DNA from: Longimicrobiales bacterium
GTDB lineage: Bacteria > Gemmatimonadota > Gemmatimonadetes > Longimicrobiales > RSA9
Direction of reading: 5' to 3'
DNA length: 64,000 nucleotides
NCBI GenBank assembly: GCA_036374995.1
Contig: DASUSS010000093.1
Coordinates: 45,945-109,944 of the forward strand
Below are positions 51,953 to 63,510 of this stretch, one piece after another. The notes below the pieces were generated by a model. The model was not told the DNA's origin. It was given only the letters and a program-made list of their open reading frames with translations, and made no database searches. Every line of letters begins with the position of its first letter. Positions within the stretch are counted from its first letter, which is position 1. The translations under genes and the position numbers were made by a program.

Positions 51953-54900
51953 TGATCCGCGCGTTCATCCGCCGGCCGATCGCCGTATCGATGATCTATC
52001 TCGTCATTGCGGCGCTCGGCATCATGGCGTTCCGCAACGTGCCGATCGAGCTGCTGCCCGACACCGACCTGCCGCGCCTCCAGATCGCCGCCTCCTGGCC
52101 CGGTGCCTCGCCGGAAGTCGTGGAGGCGTTCCTGACGGCGCCGCTGGAGGCCGCGGTCCAGCAGGTGCGCGGGGTGGAACGGATCACATCGAACTCACGC
52201 GAGGGCATGATCGGCGCGAGCATCGATGTGGAGTTCGCCCGCGAGACCGACATGGACTTCGCGCGTCTCGAGCTGTCTGAGCGCATTGCAGCGCTCGAGC
52301 CGGAGCTCCCGGTCGGGTCCACACCGCCCCGCATCACGATGTACGTCCCCGACGAATTCGAGGAACAGCAGCGATCGGTGCTGGAGTACACGGTGACGGG
52401 CCCGTACATCCTCGAGTACCTGCGCGAGTACATCGACGACCACATCGTTCCCGAGCTGTACAACGTGGAGGGTGTCGGCCATGTGGCGGTGAGCGGCGGC
52501 CGCGCGCGCGTGCTGGAGATCGAGCTGGATGAGCGGCGGATCCAGGCGCTCGGGCTGACCGTGCAGCAGGTCGCATCCCGCGTGGCCCAGATCGAGATCA
52601 TCCGGGAGGCCGGCGTCGTCGCCGTGCCCACGGGCCTGCACTACACGCTGGCCGTGCGCCAGACGGCACAGTCCGCCGCGGACATCGCGAGCCTGCCTCT
52701 GCTCACGCGCAACGGGGGTATCGTCCGCGTGCAGGATGTCGCCCGGGTCTACGACACGTTCGAGGAGCTGCGCCAGCACCAGCGCTTCGATGGCGATCCC
52801 GCGGTCATGATGCAGGTCTACAAGCAGGCGCGCACGAACACGGTGGCCATGGCCGATTCGGTCCGCGCGCGGGTCGACCAGCTGGCCGGTGCGCTGCCCC
52901 CGGGCGTCCGCATCCTGCTGGACCGCGATCAGAGCGTCGAGATCCGGCGACAGCTCTCCGACCTCCGCAACCGCGCCGGCATCGCCGCCGTCATCGTCCT
53001 GCTCGTGCTGCTCGTATTCCTGCGCTCGCCCCGCGCCGCGATCATCGTCTTCGCCACCGTCGCGTTCTCCATCCTCATCACGGTCAACGTCATCTACTTC
53101 AGCGGGCTGTCGCTGAACCTCCTGACACTGATGGGCCTCGCGATGGGATTCGGCCTGGTCGTAGACAACGCGATCGTCGTGCTCGAGAACGTCTACCGCC
53201 GCCGCAGGCTCGGCGAGCCCGCCCACCTCGCCGCGCAGCGCGGCGCCACGGAGGTCGTGCTCCCCATCCTGGCTGCCACGTTCACGACCGTCGTCGTCCT
53301 GCTGCCGTTCGTCTACCTCCAGGGTGAGCTGCGCATCTACTACGTGCCGCTCGCCATCGTCGTCGGCCTCAGCATGCTCGCGAGCCTCTTCGTCGCGTTC
53401 ACGTTCATCCCGTCGCTCGGGGCGAAGCTGCTCGGCAGCATCCGGCCCGACGTCGAGATCGACGCCGCGTCGGAACAGACCCTGCTGCTGCCCGCCGCAC
53501 GCCCCTCGTTCGTCGCGCGACTCTATGGCGGGCTGATCCGCGGTACGCTCGCCTGGCCGTGGCTGACGATCGTCCTCGTGGTGCTGATGTTCGGTGGGTC
53601 CTGGTACCTGTTCGACCGATACGTGACGACCGGACGACTGTGGAGTTTCTGGGGTGGCGAGTCCTCCTACCTGTCGATCTCCATCCGGATGCCGCGCGGT
53701 GAGGAGCTGGAGCGAGTCGACGAGTTCGCCCGCTTCTTCGAGGACCGCCTCCGCGTCATGCCGGAGGTCGATCGGTTCATCACGAGCGTCAGCACGCAGA
53801 GCGCCTACATCCGCGTCTATTTCCCCGACGAGTACGAGAACACGAACATCCCGGTCGCGATCAAGGAGGAGCTGTATCAGTACTCGATCGGCTACGGTGG
53901 TGCCGAAGTGCGCGTGACGGGGTACGGCCCCTCGTTCTACGGTGGGGGCGGCTCACCGCCGAACTACAGCATCAAGGTCCTCGGCTACAACTACGACCGG
54001 GTGCGCGAGATCGCCGATGACATCGGCCGGCGGCTGCAGGCGTACACGCGGATCCGCGACGTCGACACGAATGGCTCCGGCAGCAGGTTCGAGCGGGACA
54101 AGGCGACCGAGCTGGTTCTCGACATCGACCGCACCCGGCTCGCCATGCACGAGCTCACGGCGGAGGACGTCGTCCGTCAGGTCTCGGCGTCGGTGCGGGG
54201 GCGGACGGCCAACACCACGATCCGGGTCGCCGGCGAGGAGCGGCTCTTCGCGGTGAAGCTGGACGGCTACCGCACGATGGATGCGGCCGAGATGCAGGAC
54301 CTCCAGATCCCCGCACCGGGCGGCGGCGCGGTGCGGCTCGGAGACGTCGCCACCCTGCGCGAGCGGCAGGTTCTCAACTCGGTGATCCGCGAGAACCAGC
54401 AGTACCAGCGCCTGGTCAACTACGAGTTCCGGGGTCCGCAGAAGCTGGGTGATCTCATCCGCGACCAGGTCGTCGCGTCGACCGCATTGCCGCCCGGCTA
54501 CACGATCGAGAAGGGGCAGGCGTGGGCCTGGGCCGCCGAGGAGCAGCAGCAGATCTATGGTGTGCTCATCGTGTCGATCCTGCTGATCTTCATGGTCACG
54601 GCCGCCATCTTCGAGTCGCTCAGACTGCCACTGACCGTGCTGCTCACCGTACCCATGGCCATGATCGGCGTGTTCCTGCTCTTCTTCTTCGTCGAAGGCG
54701 CGACATTCACCCGCGAAGCGTACATCGGAGTCATCATGATGGGCGGGATCGTCGTCAACAACTCGATCCTGCTCGTCGACCACGTCAATCAGCTGCGCCG
54801 CACCCACGGACTGCCGCTGCTCCAGGCCCTCGAGCGCGGCACCCTCGAGCGCGTTCGCCCGATCCTGATGACCAGCCTCACCACCATCTGCGGCCTGCTG

Positions 54901-55098
54901 CCGCTCGTCCTCTTCAGCGAGACCGCCGACCAGAACATCTGGAACGCGCTCGCCTATGCGCTCATCGGCGGCCTCTCCAGCTCGACCGTCCTCGTGCTCA
55001 CCGTGACGCCGGCGCTCTATCTGCTCTTCGAGCGCCGCGCCGAGCGTCGCCGCCCCGCCGCGCCGCCCGTGCGCGACACCCTGCCGCAGCCGGTCTGA
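51952..55098 (+). CDS. RND efflux permease (AcrB/CzcA superfamily), copy 2
   Basis: 1048 aa. MIRAFIRRPIAVSMIYLVIAALG. TM4 block GLAMGFGLVVDNAIVVLENV. The start overlaps the stop of copy 1 by 1 nt. Confidence 0.9.
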   Translation: MIRAFIRRPIAVSMIYLVIAALGIMAFRNVPIELLPDTDLPRLQIAASWPGASPEVVEAFLTAPLEAAVQQVRGVERITSNSREGMIGASIDVEFARETDMDFARLELSERIAALEPELPVGSTPPRITMYVPDEFEEQQRSVLEYTVTGPYILEYLREYIDDHIVPELYNVEGVGHVAVSGGRARVLEIELDERRIQALGLTVQQVASRVAQIEIIREAGVVAVPTGLHYTLAVRQTAQSAADIASLPLLTRNGGIVRVQDVARVYDTFEELRQHQRFDGDPAVMMQVYKQARTNTVAMADSVRARVDQLAGALPPGVRILLDRDQSVEIRRQLSDLRNRAGIAAVIVLLVLLVFLRSPRAAIIVFATVAFSILITVNVIYFSGLSLNLLTLMGLAMGFGLVVDNAIVVLENVYRRRRLGEPAHLAAQRGATEVVLPILAATFTTVVVLLPFVYLQGELRIYYVPLAIVVGLSMLASLFVAFTFIPSLGAKLLGSIRPDVEIDAASEQTLLLPAARPSFVARLYGGLIRGTLAWPWLTIVLVVLMFGGSWYLFDRYVTTGRLWSFWGGESSYLSISIRMPRGEELERVDEFARFFEDRLRVMPEVDRFITSVSTQSAYIRVYFPDEYENTNIPVAIKEELYQYSIGYGGAEVRVTGYGPSFYGGGGSPPNYSIKVLGYNYDRVREIADDIGRRLQAYTRIRDVDTNGSGSRFERDKATELVLDIDRTRLAMHELTAEDVVRQVSASVRGRTANTTIRVAGEERLFAVKLDGYRTMDAAEMQDLQIPAPGGGAVRLGDVATLRERQVLNSVIRENQQYQRLVNYEFRGPQKLGDLIRDQVVASTALPPGYTIEKGQAWAWAAEEQQQIYGVLIVSILLIFMVTAAIFESLRLPLTVLLTVPMAMIGVFLLFFFVEGATFTREAYIGVIMMGGIVVNNSILLVDHVNQLRRTHGLPLLQALERGTLERVRPILMTSLTTICGLLPLVLFSETADQNIWNALAYALIGGLSSSTVLVLTVTPALYLLFERRAERRRPAAPPVRDTLPQPV

Positions 55099-55121
55099 CT
55101 CGTTCCCGGCAGACCGACCCG

Positions 55122-55162
55122 AAAAAAAAACGAGGCGCCGCGGACTCACGGTCCGCGACGCC
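55122..55162 (-). terminator. rho-independent terminator (minus strand) between convergent genes
   Basis: The minus strand reads GGCGTCGCGGAC-cgtga-GTCCGCGGCGCC (12-bp stem with one G-U pair), followed by TCG and nine T. It lies 24 nt after the stop of the small zinc-finger gene. Confidence 0.7.
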
Positions 55163-55185
55163 CCGCCGCCCGAGCGCTGCCTGCT

Positions 55186-55467
55186 TCAGTGCTTCAGCAC
55201 ATGCTGGCTCTTCAGCACCATCTCGACGTGCCGCGCATACGTGTTGCCGCGCGGCAGACCCCGCCGGCTCGCCAGTTTCGGCTCCGCGATCGCCGCATCA
55301 TCCTGACGGATCAGAGCCCCCGTACCGAGGCAGTCCGGGCACGGATGCGCCTCGAGAAAACCGCCGTCACCTGTCGTTCCCGCCCAGCGGGACCACGGAA
55401 TCTCCCACCGGAACGAACCCGTTATGTAGCCACAGCCCTCACAGCGGGCACACTCATGTATTGTCAT
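55186..55467 (-). CDS. small protein with two CxxCxGxG zinc-finger motifs (93 aa)
   Basis: Start at ATG 55467 with GGAGGA 10 nt upstream. MTIHECARCEGCGY... and ...HPCPDCLGTGAL are two DnaJ-type CxxCxGxG motifs. Third-position G/C is visibly lower than in neighbouring genes. Confidence 0.5.
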   Translation of the reverse strand: MTIHECARCEGCGYITGSFRWEIPWSRWAGTTGDGGFLEAHPCPDCLGTGALIRQDDAAIAEPKLASRRGLPRGNTYARHVEMVLKSQHVLKH

Positions 55468-55567
55468 GTCTCTATCATCCTCCGGTCTCGGCTCGGCCGG
55501 GGAAGCGACCGCGCCGGGTACTGATACCCCCGCCTGACGGCCGGGATCCTGGATATGTGTACGTGAC

Positions 55568-55699
55568 GGGCGGGATCCCGGTTTCAATCGGGAGCGGGAT
55601 CGGAATCCGCAAGCGGGATCGGGAGCGGGATCCGTAAGAGGGATCGGGAGCGGGATCGGAAATCCGTAAGCGGGATGGGGAGTGGGATCGGGAGCGGGC
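55568..55699. repeat. intergenic imperfect tandem repeat rich in GGG tracts
   Basis: Four copies of ATCGGGAGCGGG(AT/CC) at 55587, 55618, 55643 and 55686, with related fillers (CGGAATCCGCAAGCGGG / CCGTAAGAGGG / CGGAAATCCGTAAGCGGG). I counted at least 15 G3 runs on the plus strand. Confidence 0.7.
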
Positions 55700-55736
55700 C
55701 GCGGATCGCCCGCGATCGGACACGCTCCCGCATACG

Positions 55737-56201
55737 TCATCGTTTCTTCGCCAGGATCGTCCCGCGGCACTTCGCGGCGCCGCAGTTACACGGGTAGAGC
55801 CGCTTGTTGGCCGTGTTGTGCGGCTCGTCGAGGACGAAGTTGTAGTCGTACACCAGCTCCTCGCCCTTCGCGATGTCGTGCAGCGAATAGATGTAGATCC
55901 TGTCGTCCTCCTCGACCGCCTCGCAGTTGGGATCACACGAGTGGTTGATGTACTTGGCGATGCTGCCGCGCGGGCCGGCATCGATCACATCACCGCTGTC
56001 GAGACGGAAGAGGAACGTGTGATGCCGCTCGTCCTCATCGAACGGATAGCGGCGGTCCGCCTCCTCGTCGCTGATCACCTCGCCGCGATACTCGATGAGC
56101 CGCGTGCCCGCCCTGATTCTGCGGGTCGCGAACACGCCGCGCCCCTGGATCCGGGATCGCCTCACCTCGAACGGTCGTGTCGTACGCTTCCTGGTTGCCA
56201 T
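55737..56201 (-). CDS. SET-domain protein-lysine methyltransferase with post-SET Cys motif
   Basis: GRGVFATRRIRAGTRLIEYRGEVI, NHSCDPNC, GEELVYDYNF and the C-terminal CNCGAAKCRG (CxCxxxxC) are the canonical SET/post-SET signatures. Start at ATG 56201 (MATRKRTT). Confidence 0.85.
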   Translation of the reverse strand: MATRKRTTRPFEVRRSRIQGRGVFATRRIRAGTRLIEYRGEVISDEEADRRYPFDEDERHHTFLFRLDSGDVIDAGPRGSIAKYINHSCDPNCEAVEEDDRIYIYSLHDIAKGEELVYDYNFVLDEPHNTANKRLYPCNCGAAKCRGTILAKKR

Positions 56202-56322
56202 GCGCCTTCGACTTCGGGTTACGGGAGCGCGCAAGATATCGCGCAGGCGGTGCCGTGCAAGTCCGCGGAACGATGCAGGCCCCGAACGCGCGTGGCACGT
56301 CCGGGGCCTGATTCAGACAGTA

Positions 56323-56396
56323 TGCCAGAGGGGAGACTCGAACTCCCGACCTCACGATTATGAGTCGTGCGCTCTAGCCGGCTGAGCTACTCTGGC
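56323..56396 (-). tRNA. tRNA with CAT anticodon (elongator Met, or lysidine-modified Ile2)
   Basis: Cloverleaf: acceptor GCCAGAG/CTCTGGC, D arm GCTC..GAGC, anticodon stem CACGA/TCGTG with loop CTCATAA, T arm GGGAG-TTCGAGT-CTCCC, discriminator A. CCA is not encoded. Confidence 0.9.
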
Positions 56397-56415
56397 GCGA
56401 CCGGATGAGCAGAAA

Positions 56416-56440
56416 AAGCTAAGGGAAACGGGGTTCTCGG

Positions 56441-56444
<4 letters not shown>
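56416..56444 (-). promoter_or_regulatory. putative promoter for the tRNA-CAT gene
   Basis: The minus strand reads TTGACC, then a 17-nt spacer, then TAGCTT, ending 20 nt upstream of the mature tRNA 5' end. It overlaps the ftsB stop region. Confidence 0.3.
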
Positions 56445-58744
<2,300 letters not shown>

Positions 58745-58748
<4 letters not shown>

Positions 58749-59737
58749 GATGGAGCCGAAGCGAAATGATCGTGCCCGGACCACGGCACGGGAGTGATGC
58801 CATCGGCGGTGCGCAGCGCCACTCCGGCGCCGTCCTCGACACTGCCGACGCGCGTGAGCGGAAGGCGGAACGTGGCGGTGAACGATTCAGCGAGCCGCTC
58901 GATACTGCCGGGCGGCGCGGCGAAGCACAGCTCGTAATCCTCGCCGCCCGTGAGGGCGAGTCGCAGCGACTGGCCGGGGTCCTTCTCTTCGGCCCGGACG
59001 GTCGGATGGACGGGAACGGCATCGGCGTCGAGGATGATGCGCACGCCGCTCGCCGCAGCCAGGTGACCCGCGTCCCCTGCCAGGCCGTCCGAGATGTCGA
59101 TGAGGGCGTGGATCTCGCCACGCTCCGCGAGCCACGCGGCTTCCGCAATGCGCGGCGTCGGCAGCGCGAACGCGACGCGCGCCGCCGCAGCGGGCTCCAC
59201 ACCGCGTTCCCATGCGCGCACCGCGGCCGCCGCCGCACCGAGCTCACCGGTGACCCACAGCGAGTCGCCTGCGCGGGCGCCCCGTCGCAGCACGGGCGCA
59301 GGCGCGCTCCCGATGACGATCGCGTCGATGACGAGCGGACCCGTCGTGCGCGCCAGGTCACCACCGAGCAGCACCGCACCGGCCCGCTCGCCCGCCGCAC
59401 GCACGCCTTCCATCACCCGCGGTGCCAGGTCCGTCGCCTCGGCCGGATCGAGCGCCAGCGATACGAGCAGACCGATCGGCGTTGCCGCGACCGCCGCGAG
59501 ATCGCTCAGCGCCGCTGCTGCGGCACGATACCCGATCTCTTCCGGCAGCAGCCATTCCCGGCGGAAATGAACGCCCTCGACGGACATGTCGGCACTCACC
59601 GCGAGGCCGTCACCCTCGACGATGGCGCAGTCGTCACCGGCGCCGACTCGCACGTGTGGGCCGGCCGCGGCGTCGGGCGGGAAGAACCTGCGGATCAGGT
59701 CGAACTCAGCGCCGGAGCCGAGCGGGATCTGCATCAT
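58745..59737 (-). CDS. thiL: thiamine-monophosphate kinase
   Basis: GAEFDLIRRFF, GAGDDCAIV and the AIR-synthase-like fold (DISDGLAGD, LTGGEDYEL). Confidence 0.9.
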
Positions 59738-59830
59738 TGCTGCCGCTGCTGCGGGGTGGTCGTGCGGCCCGGGTGGAGCGCAACGGTCGGGAATATAGCA
59801 GCCGGAGACGGGTCGCGCCGGGCGGCGGCG

Positions 59831-61399
59831 TCACCGGCGCGGGGGCTGGTCGAACGTGATGAAGGGCAGGTCGAGCGGGCTGGCGGCCGGACCGGGATCG
59901 GCAATCGCGTTCGCGAGGTGCTCGGTGACGTCACTCGGTGTAAGCGATCGGCCGCGCTGCGCGAGGTCGGCCGCGCGACCGCTCAGGTGGAGTCCGAGCG
60001 CGGCGGCCCCGGCCGGATCGTATCCGCCCGCGAGCAGCGCGCCGATCGTGCCGGAGAGCTGATCGCCCATGCCTGCCGCTGCGAGATCCGAGGAACCGAC
60101 GCTGTTGACCAGCAGCTCGCCATCGGGCCGTGCGACCAGCGACGGCTGGCCCTTCAGCAGCACGACGCAGCCGAAGTCCCGGGCTGCGGCGCGCGCGGCC
60201 GCGGGCGCATCGGCGAGAATCGCATCGAGCGGCGCGTCCACGAGGCGGGACAGCTCGCGCGCATGCGGTGTTATGACGAGCGGTCGCGTCCCCGCCGCGG
60301 CACCGAGACGTCCCGGATCCTGCGCGAAGAGATTCAGCGCATCGGCATCGAGCAGCGCCGGCTTTCCCGCCGTGAGATCCAGCACCTGCTCGAGCGCGGC
60401 GCGAGCGGCGGCGTCCGTGCCGAGCCCCGGTCCCGCGATCAGTGCATGCATCGTCTCCAGGTCGGCGCTGCTCAGCTGCGCACGATCGAGAAAGGTCGCC
60501 TCGGGCAACAGCGTCTGCAGCACGACGCGATTCGCGCCCGCGGATGCGAGGCGCACGAGCCCCGCCCCCGCGCGAACCGCCGCGCGGCCGGCGAGCGCCG
60601 CAGCACCGGCCATTCCCTCACTGCCGGCGAGCACGAGCAGACGCCCCGCCATCCCCTTGTGCGCCGCCGGAGCGCGCCTCCGCAGATGCGCACGCACCCA
60701 CGACGACGTGATCAGTCGTGCGTCCGCCTCGGCACAGACCTCCGGAAATCCGATCTCCACCGCGATGAGCCGCCCGCATTGCGCACGGGCCGGGTGCAGC
60801 ACGAGCCCGAGCTTCGGCCAGCCGAACGTCACCGTCGCCTCCGCACCGATCACATCAGCGGCAACCCCGCCCGTCGTCGCATCCACACCGGACGGCAAGT
60901 CCAGCGATACGACGGGCCGCCCCGCCTCGTTGATTCTCCGGATCCACTCCGCGATGCCGCCGCGTGGCGCACCCTGCGTCCCGGTTCCGAGCAGGCCGTC
61001 GGCGATTACATCGGCGCGCGCCAGCGCACTCCGTTCATCCTCCGCCGCCACGGCCGGCAGATCATCGCCGTGACGCAGCGTCGGATCGGGCGGCTTCGAT
61101 CCCGCGGCGATCAGCGTGACATCGCGTCCCCATGCGCGCAGCACGCGCAGCATCACGACGAGATCACCACCGTTGTGACCGCTGCCAGCCACGCCCGTGA
61201 TGCGGCCGCGCGGGTACAGGCGCGTCACCACGAGGGCCGCAGCCCGGCCCGCGCTCTCCATCAGGACGCGCTCGGGGATGTCGAAGGATTCGCGTGCGCG
61301 GCGGTCCGCGGCCGCCGCCTGCGCGGCAGTCGGCAACGGAACGTGCTGCCGGCCATACACGCCCGGATCCGGAGGGCCCACCGCTAAGTCGCCGGTCAT
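59831..61399 (-). CDS. nnr: bifunctional NAD(P)H-hydrate epimerase/dehydratase (YjeF/Nnr)
   Basis: N-terminal YjeF_N (VLMESAGRAAA..., GSGHNGGD) and a C-terminal carbohydrate-kinase-like half (HKGMAGRLLVLAGS..., GMGDQLSG). Confidence 0.9.
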   Translation of the reverse strand: MTGDLAVGPPDPGVYGRQHVPLPTAAQAAAADRRARESFDIPERVLMESAGRAAALVVTRLYPRGRITGVAGSGHNGGDLVVMLRVLRAWGRDVTLIAAGSKPPDPTLRHGDDLPAVAAEDERSALARADVIADGLLGTGTQGAPRGGIAEWIRRINEAGRPVVSLDLPSGVDATTGGVAADVIGAEATVTFGWPKLGLVLHPARAQCGRLIAVEIGFPEVCAEADARLITSSWVRAHLRRRAPAAHKGMAGRLLVLAGSEGMAGAAALAGRAAVRAGAGLVRLASAGANRVVLQTLLPEATFLDRAQLSSADLETMHALIAGPGLGTDAAARAALEQVLDLTAGKPALLDADALNLFAQDPGRLGAAAGTRPLVITPHARELSRLVDAPLDAILADAPAAARAAARDFGCVVLLKGQPSLVARPDGELLVNSVGSSDLAAAGMGDQLSGTIGALLAGGYDPAGAAALGLHLSGRAADLAQRGRSLTPSDVTEHLANAIADPGPAASPLDLPFITFDQPPRR

Positions 61400-61450
61400 C
61401 GCCGTGCCGCAATGGACAGGAGTAACGCTCCCGCGGAATGCAGCAGTGGG

Positions 61451-61657
61451 CTACTTGTAACTCTGCCCGATCGTCCGGCCGAAGCTGATCTCGCCGTTGT
61501 CGATGCGGATGTTGAAGCCGCAGTCCGGATTGGAGCAGACCCACGCCTTGTACGTGATCGGCGCCCCATCCCGGCCGTAGTCCGAGAGCGGAAGCATTGC
61601 GCCGCGCTCACACTTGCGGCACTGCGGATAGGTGTCCTGGGATGATTCAGCCGCCAT
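61451..61657 (-). CDS. small zinc-ribbon protein (68 aa)
   Basis: CRKC ... CSNPDC cysteine pairs. Strong G/C third-position bias supports coding. Confidence 0.5.
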   Translation of the reverse strand: MAAESSQDTYPQCRKCERGAMLPLSDYGRDGAPITYKAWVCSNPDCGFNIRIDNGEISFGRTIGQSYK

Positions 61658-61842
61658 CGATCAACCCCTCCCCTCATCGTCACCGTGCCGGCACCGGCCG
61701 CATCCTGTCGCCCATGCATGCGTGCAAGGCACGTTCCATGGCCTCGTGCGCCGGCCCCCCCGTTCACCTCGAGCAGGTCCTGCGCCGCATCCACCCGACC
61801 CGAAGGACTCTACACGACGCTGCCTGGCCGCGCCAGCCACGC

Positions 61843-62211
61843 CTACTCGCCGCCGGCACGGCGCGGATACGGCGCCTCGAACGCCTCGTCGAAATCGAAC
61901 ACGTTCTCGAAATCGCCCGGCGTGTCCTCGTCCTGCTTGATCAGCACGCCCGACTCGACGAGCGCGAACACGATGTGGCCCACGTCCGCCGTCTGGCGGA
62001 CGCCCCAGTGCTCGAGCACCGTGCGCGCCATCGGGCCGAAACGCTCCAGTGCCAGATCGCGGACCCCCTCCGCCAGCTCGCGCCCGCTGATGTGCCGCGG
62101 CTCGGGCAACCGCTCCAGCACGTAGTTCAGCGCGGAGAGGACGAAGACATACGCCGCCTCCTCATAGCGCGGATTGCGCGCCCGCAGTGCTGCAAACAGC
62201 TCGTCGTCCAT
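61843..62211 (-). CDS. hypothetical protein (122 aa)
   Basis: Start at ATG 62211 (MDDELFAALRARNPRYEEAAYVFVLSALNYVLE). Globular composition, and the longer ORF prefix is Gly/Arg noise. No motif I can name with confidence. Confidence 0.55.
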   Translation of the reverse strand: MDDELFAALRARNPRYEEAAYVFVLSALNYVLERLPEPRHISGRELAEGVRDLALERFGPMARTVLEHWGVRQTADVGHIVFALVESGVLIKQDEDTPGDFENVFDFDEAFEAPYPRRAGGE

Positions 62212-62237
62212 GCTTCCATCAAGGTTCCGCGCCGCGC

Positions 62238-63509
62238 CTATGCGCGCACGCCCGCATGCTCCGCGCGGAATTCCGGATAGAGCGGGAACTCGGCGCACAG
62301 CTCGCCGATCTGCGCAGACACCTCGTCCGCCACCCGCGCATCCTCCGGTGCATCCAGTACCCGCGCGATCCACGCGCCGATCCGCGTCATCTCTGCGGGT
62401 CCCATGCCACGACTCGTCAGCGCCGCCGTGCCCAGCCGCACCCCGGACGTCACGAACGGCGAACGCTGCTCGCCCGGCACCGTGTTCTTGTTCGACGTGA
62501 TGCGCGCCCGCTCCAGTGCCTCTTCCGCGAGCTTGCCCGTCAACTCGCCCTTCCCGCGCAGGTCCAGCAGCACGAGATGATTCTCCGTCCCGCCGCTGAC
62601 CAGATCGAAGCCGTGCTGCATCAGCGAGTCCGCGAGCGCGACCGCGTTCTCCACGATCCGATGTGCATACTCGCGGAACGCCGGCGCCAGCGCCTCGCGG
62701 AACGCCACGGCCTTGGCCGCAATGATGTGCATGAGCGGCCCGCCCTGCATTCCGGGAAACACCTGCTTGTCGATCGACCGGCCCAGCTCCGCACGACTCA
62801 GGACGAAACCGCTGCGCGGACCGCGCAGCGTCTTGTGCGTCGTCGATGTCACGACGTCCGCATGCGGGACGGGGCTGGGATGCGCGCCGCCCGCGACGAG
62901 TCCCGCAATGTGGGCCATGTCGACCATCAGTCTGGCATCGACCTCGCGCGCGATCGCGGCAAACGTCTCGAAGTCGATGATGCGCGGGTACGCGCTGGCG
63001 CCCGCGACGATGACTTTCGGCCGGTGCCTGCGCGCCTGGTCGCGCACCTGATCGTAATCGATACGGCCATCTTCACCTACGCCATAGAACACGGCGTGGT
63101 AGAGCTGTCCGCTGAAGTTGACCGGTGAGCCATGCGTGAGGTGGCCGCCGTGGGAGAGGTCCATGCCGAGCAGAGTATCGCCCGGCTGGAGCAGCGCGAA
63201 GTACGCGGCCATATTGGCCTGGGCACCGGAGTGCGGCTGCACGTTCGCGTGGTCGGCGCCGAACAGCTCACGGGCACGCGCCATGGCGAGCGTCTCCACG
63301 ACATCCACGTGCTCGCAGCCGCCGTAGTACCGCTTGCCGGGATACCCCTCGGCATATTTGTTCGTCAGCACCGTTCCGGCCGCCTGCAGCACGGCCGGCG
63401 AGGTAAAGTTCTCGCTCGCAATCAGCTCGAGCGTGCTGTGCTGGCGTTCCGCCTCCGCGACAACGGCGTCGTACACCTCCGGATCCGTACTGCGCAGCGC
63501 ATTCAGCAT
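62238..63509 (-). CDS. glyA: serine hydroxymethyltransferase
   Basis: [24 protein letters not shown] and [15 protein letters not shown] (PLP Lys) blocks. Start at ATG 63509 ([11 protein letters not shown]). Confidence 0.95.
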   Translation of the reverse strand: MLNALRSTDPEVYDAVVAEAERQHSTLELIASENFTSPAVLQAAGTVLTNKYAEGYPGKRYYGGCEHVDVVETLAMARARELFGADHANVQPHSGAQANMAAYFALLQPGDTLLGMDLSHGGHLTHGSPVNFSGQLYHAVFYGVGEDGRIDYDQVRDQARRHRPKVIVAGASAYPRIIDFETFAAIAREVDARLMVDMAHIAGLVAGGAHPSPVPHADVVTSTTHKTLRGPRSGFVLSRAELGRSIDKQVFPGMQGGPLMHIIAAKAVAFREALAPAFREYAHRIVENAVALADSLMQHGFDLVSGGTENHLVLLDLRGKGELTGKLAEEALERARITSNKNTVPGEQRSPFVTSGVRLGTAALTSRGMGPAEMTRIGAWIARVLDAPEDARVADEVSAQIGELCAEFPLYPEFRAEHAGVRA

Positions 63510-63510
63510 G

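Noticed and set aside
55568-55699. Possible CRISPR array or coding Pro-rich repeat.
   Set aside because: The repeat core is only about 14 nt with 11-29 nt irregular fillers that are themselves related. No cas genes are present. The upstream ATG at 55740 would overlap the SET stop and lacks a ribosome-binding site, whereas ATG 55467 has GGAGGA.
56201-56396. Initiator tRNA identity, or a genomic island integrated at the tRNA-CAT gene carrying the SET gene.
   Set aside because: The anticodon stem (CACGA/TCGTG) lacks the three consecutive G-C pairs of initiator tRNA, and the acceptor end is fully paired. I saw no integrase, no duplicated tRNA 3' segment toward 55.1 kb, and native-looking codon bias in the SET gene.
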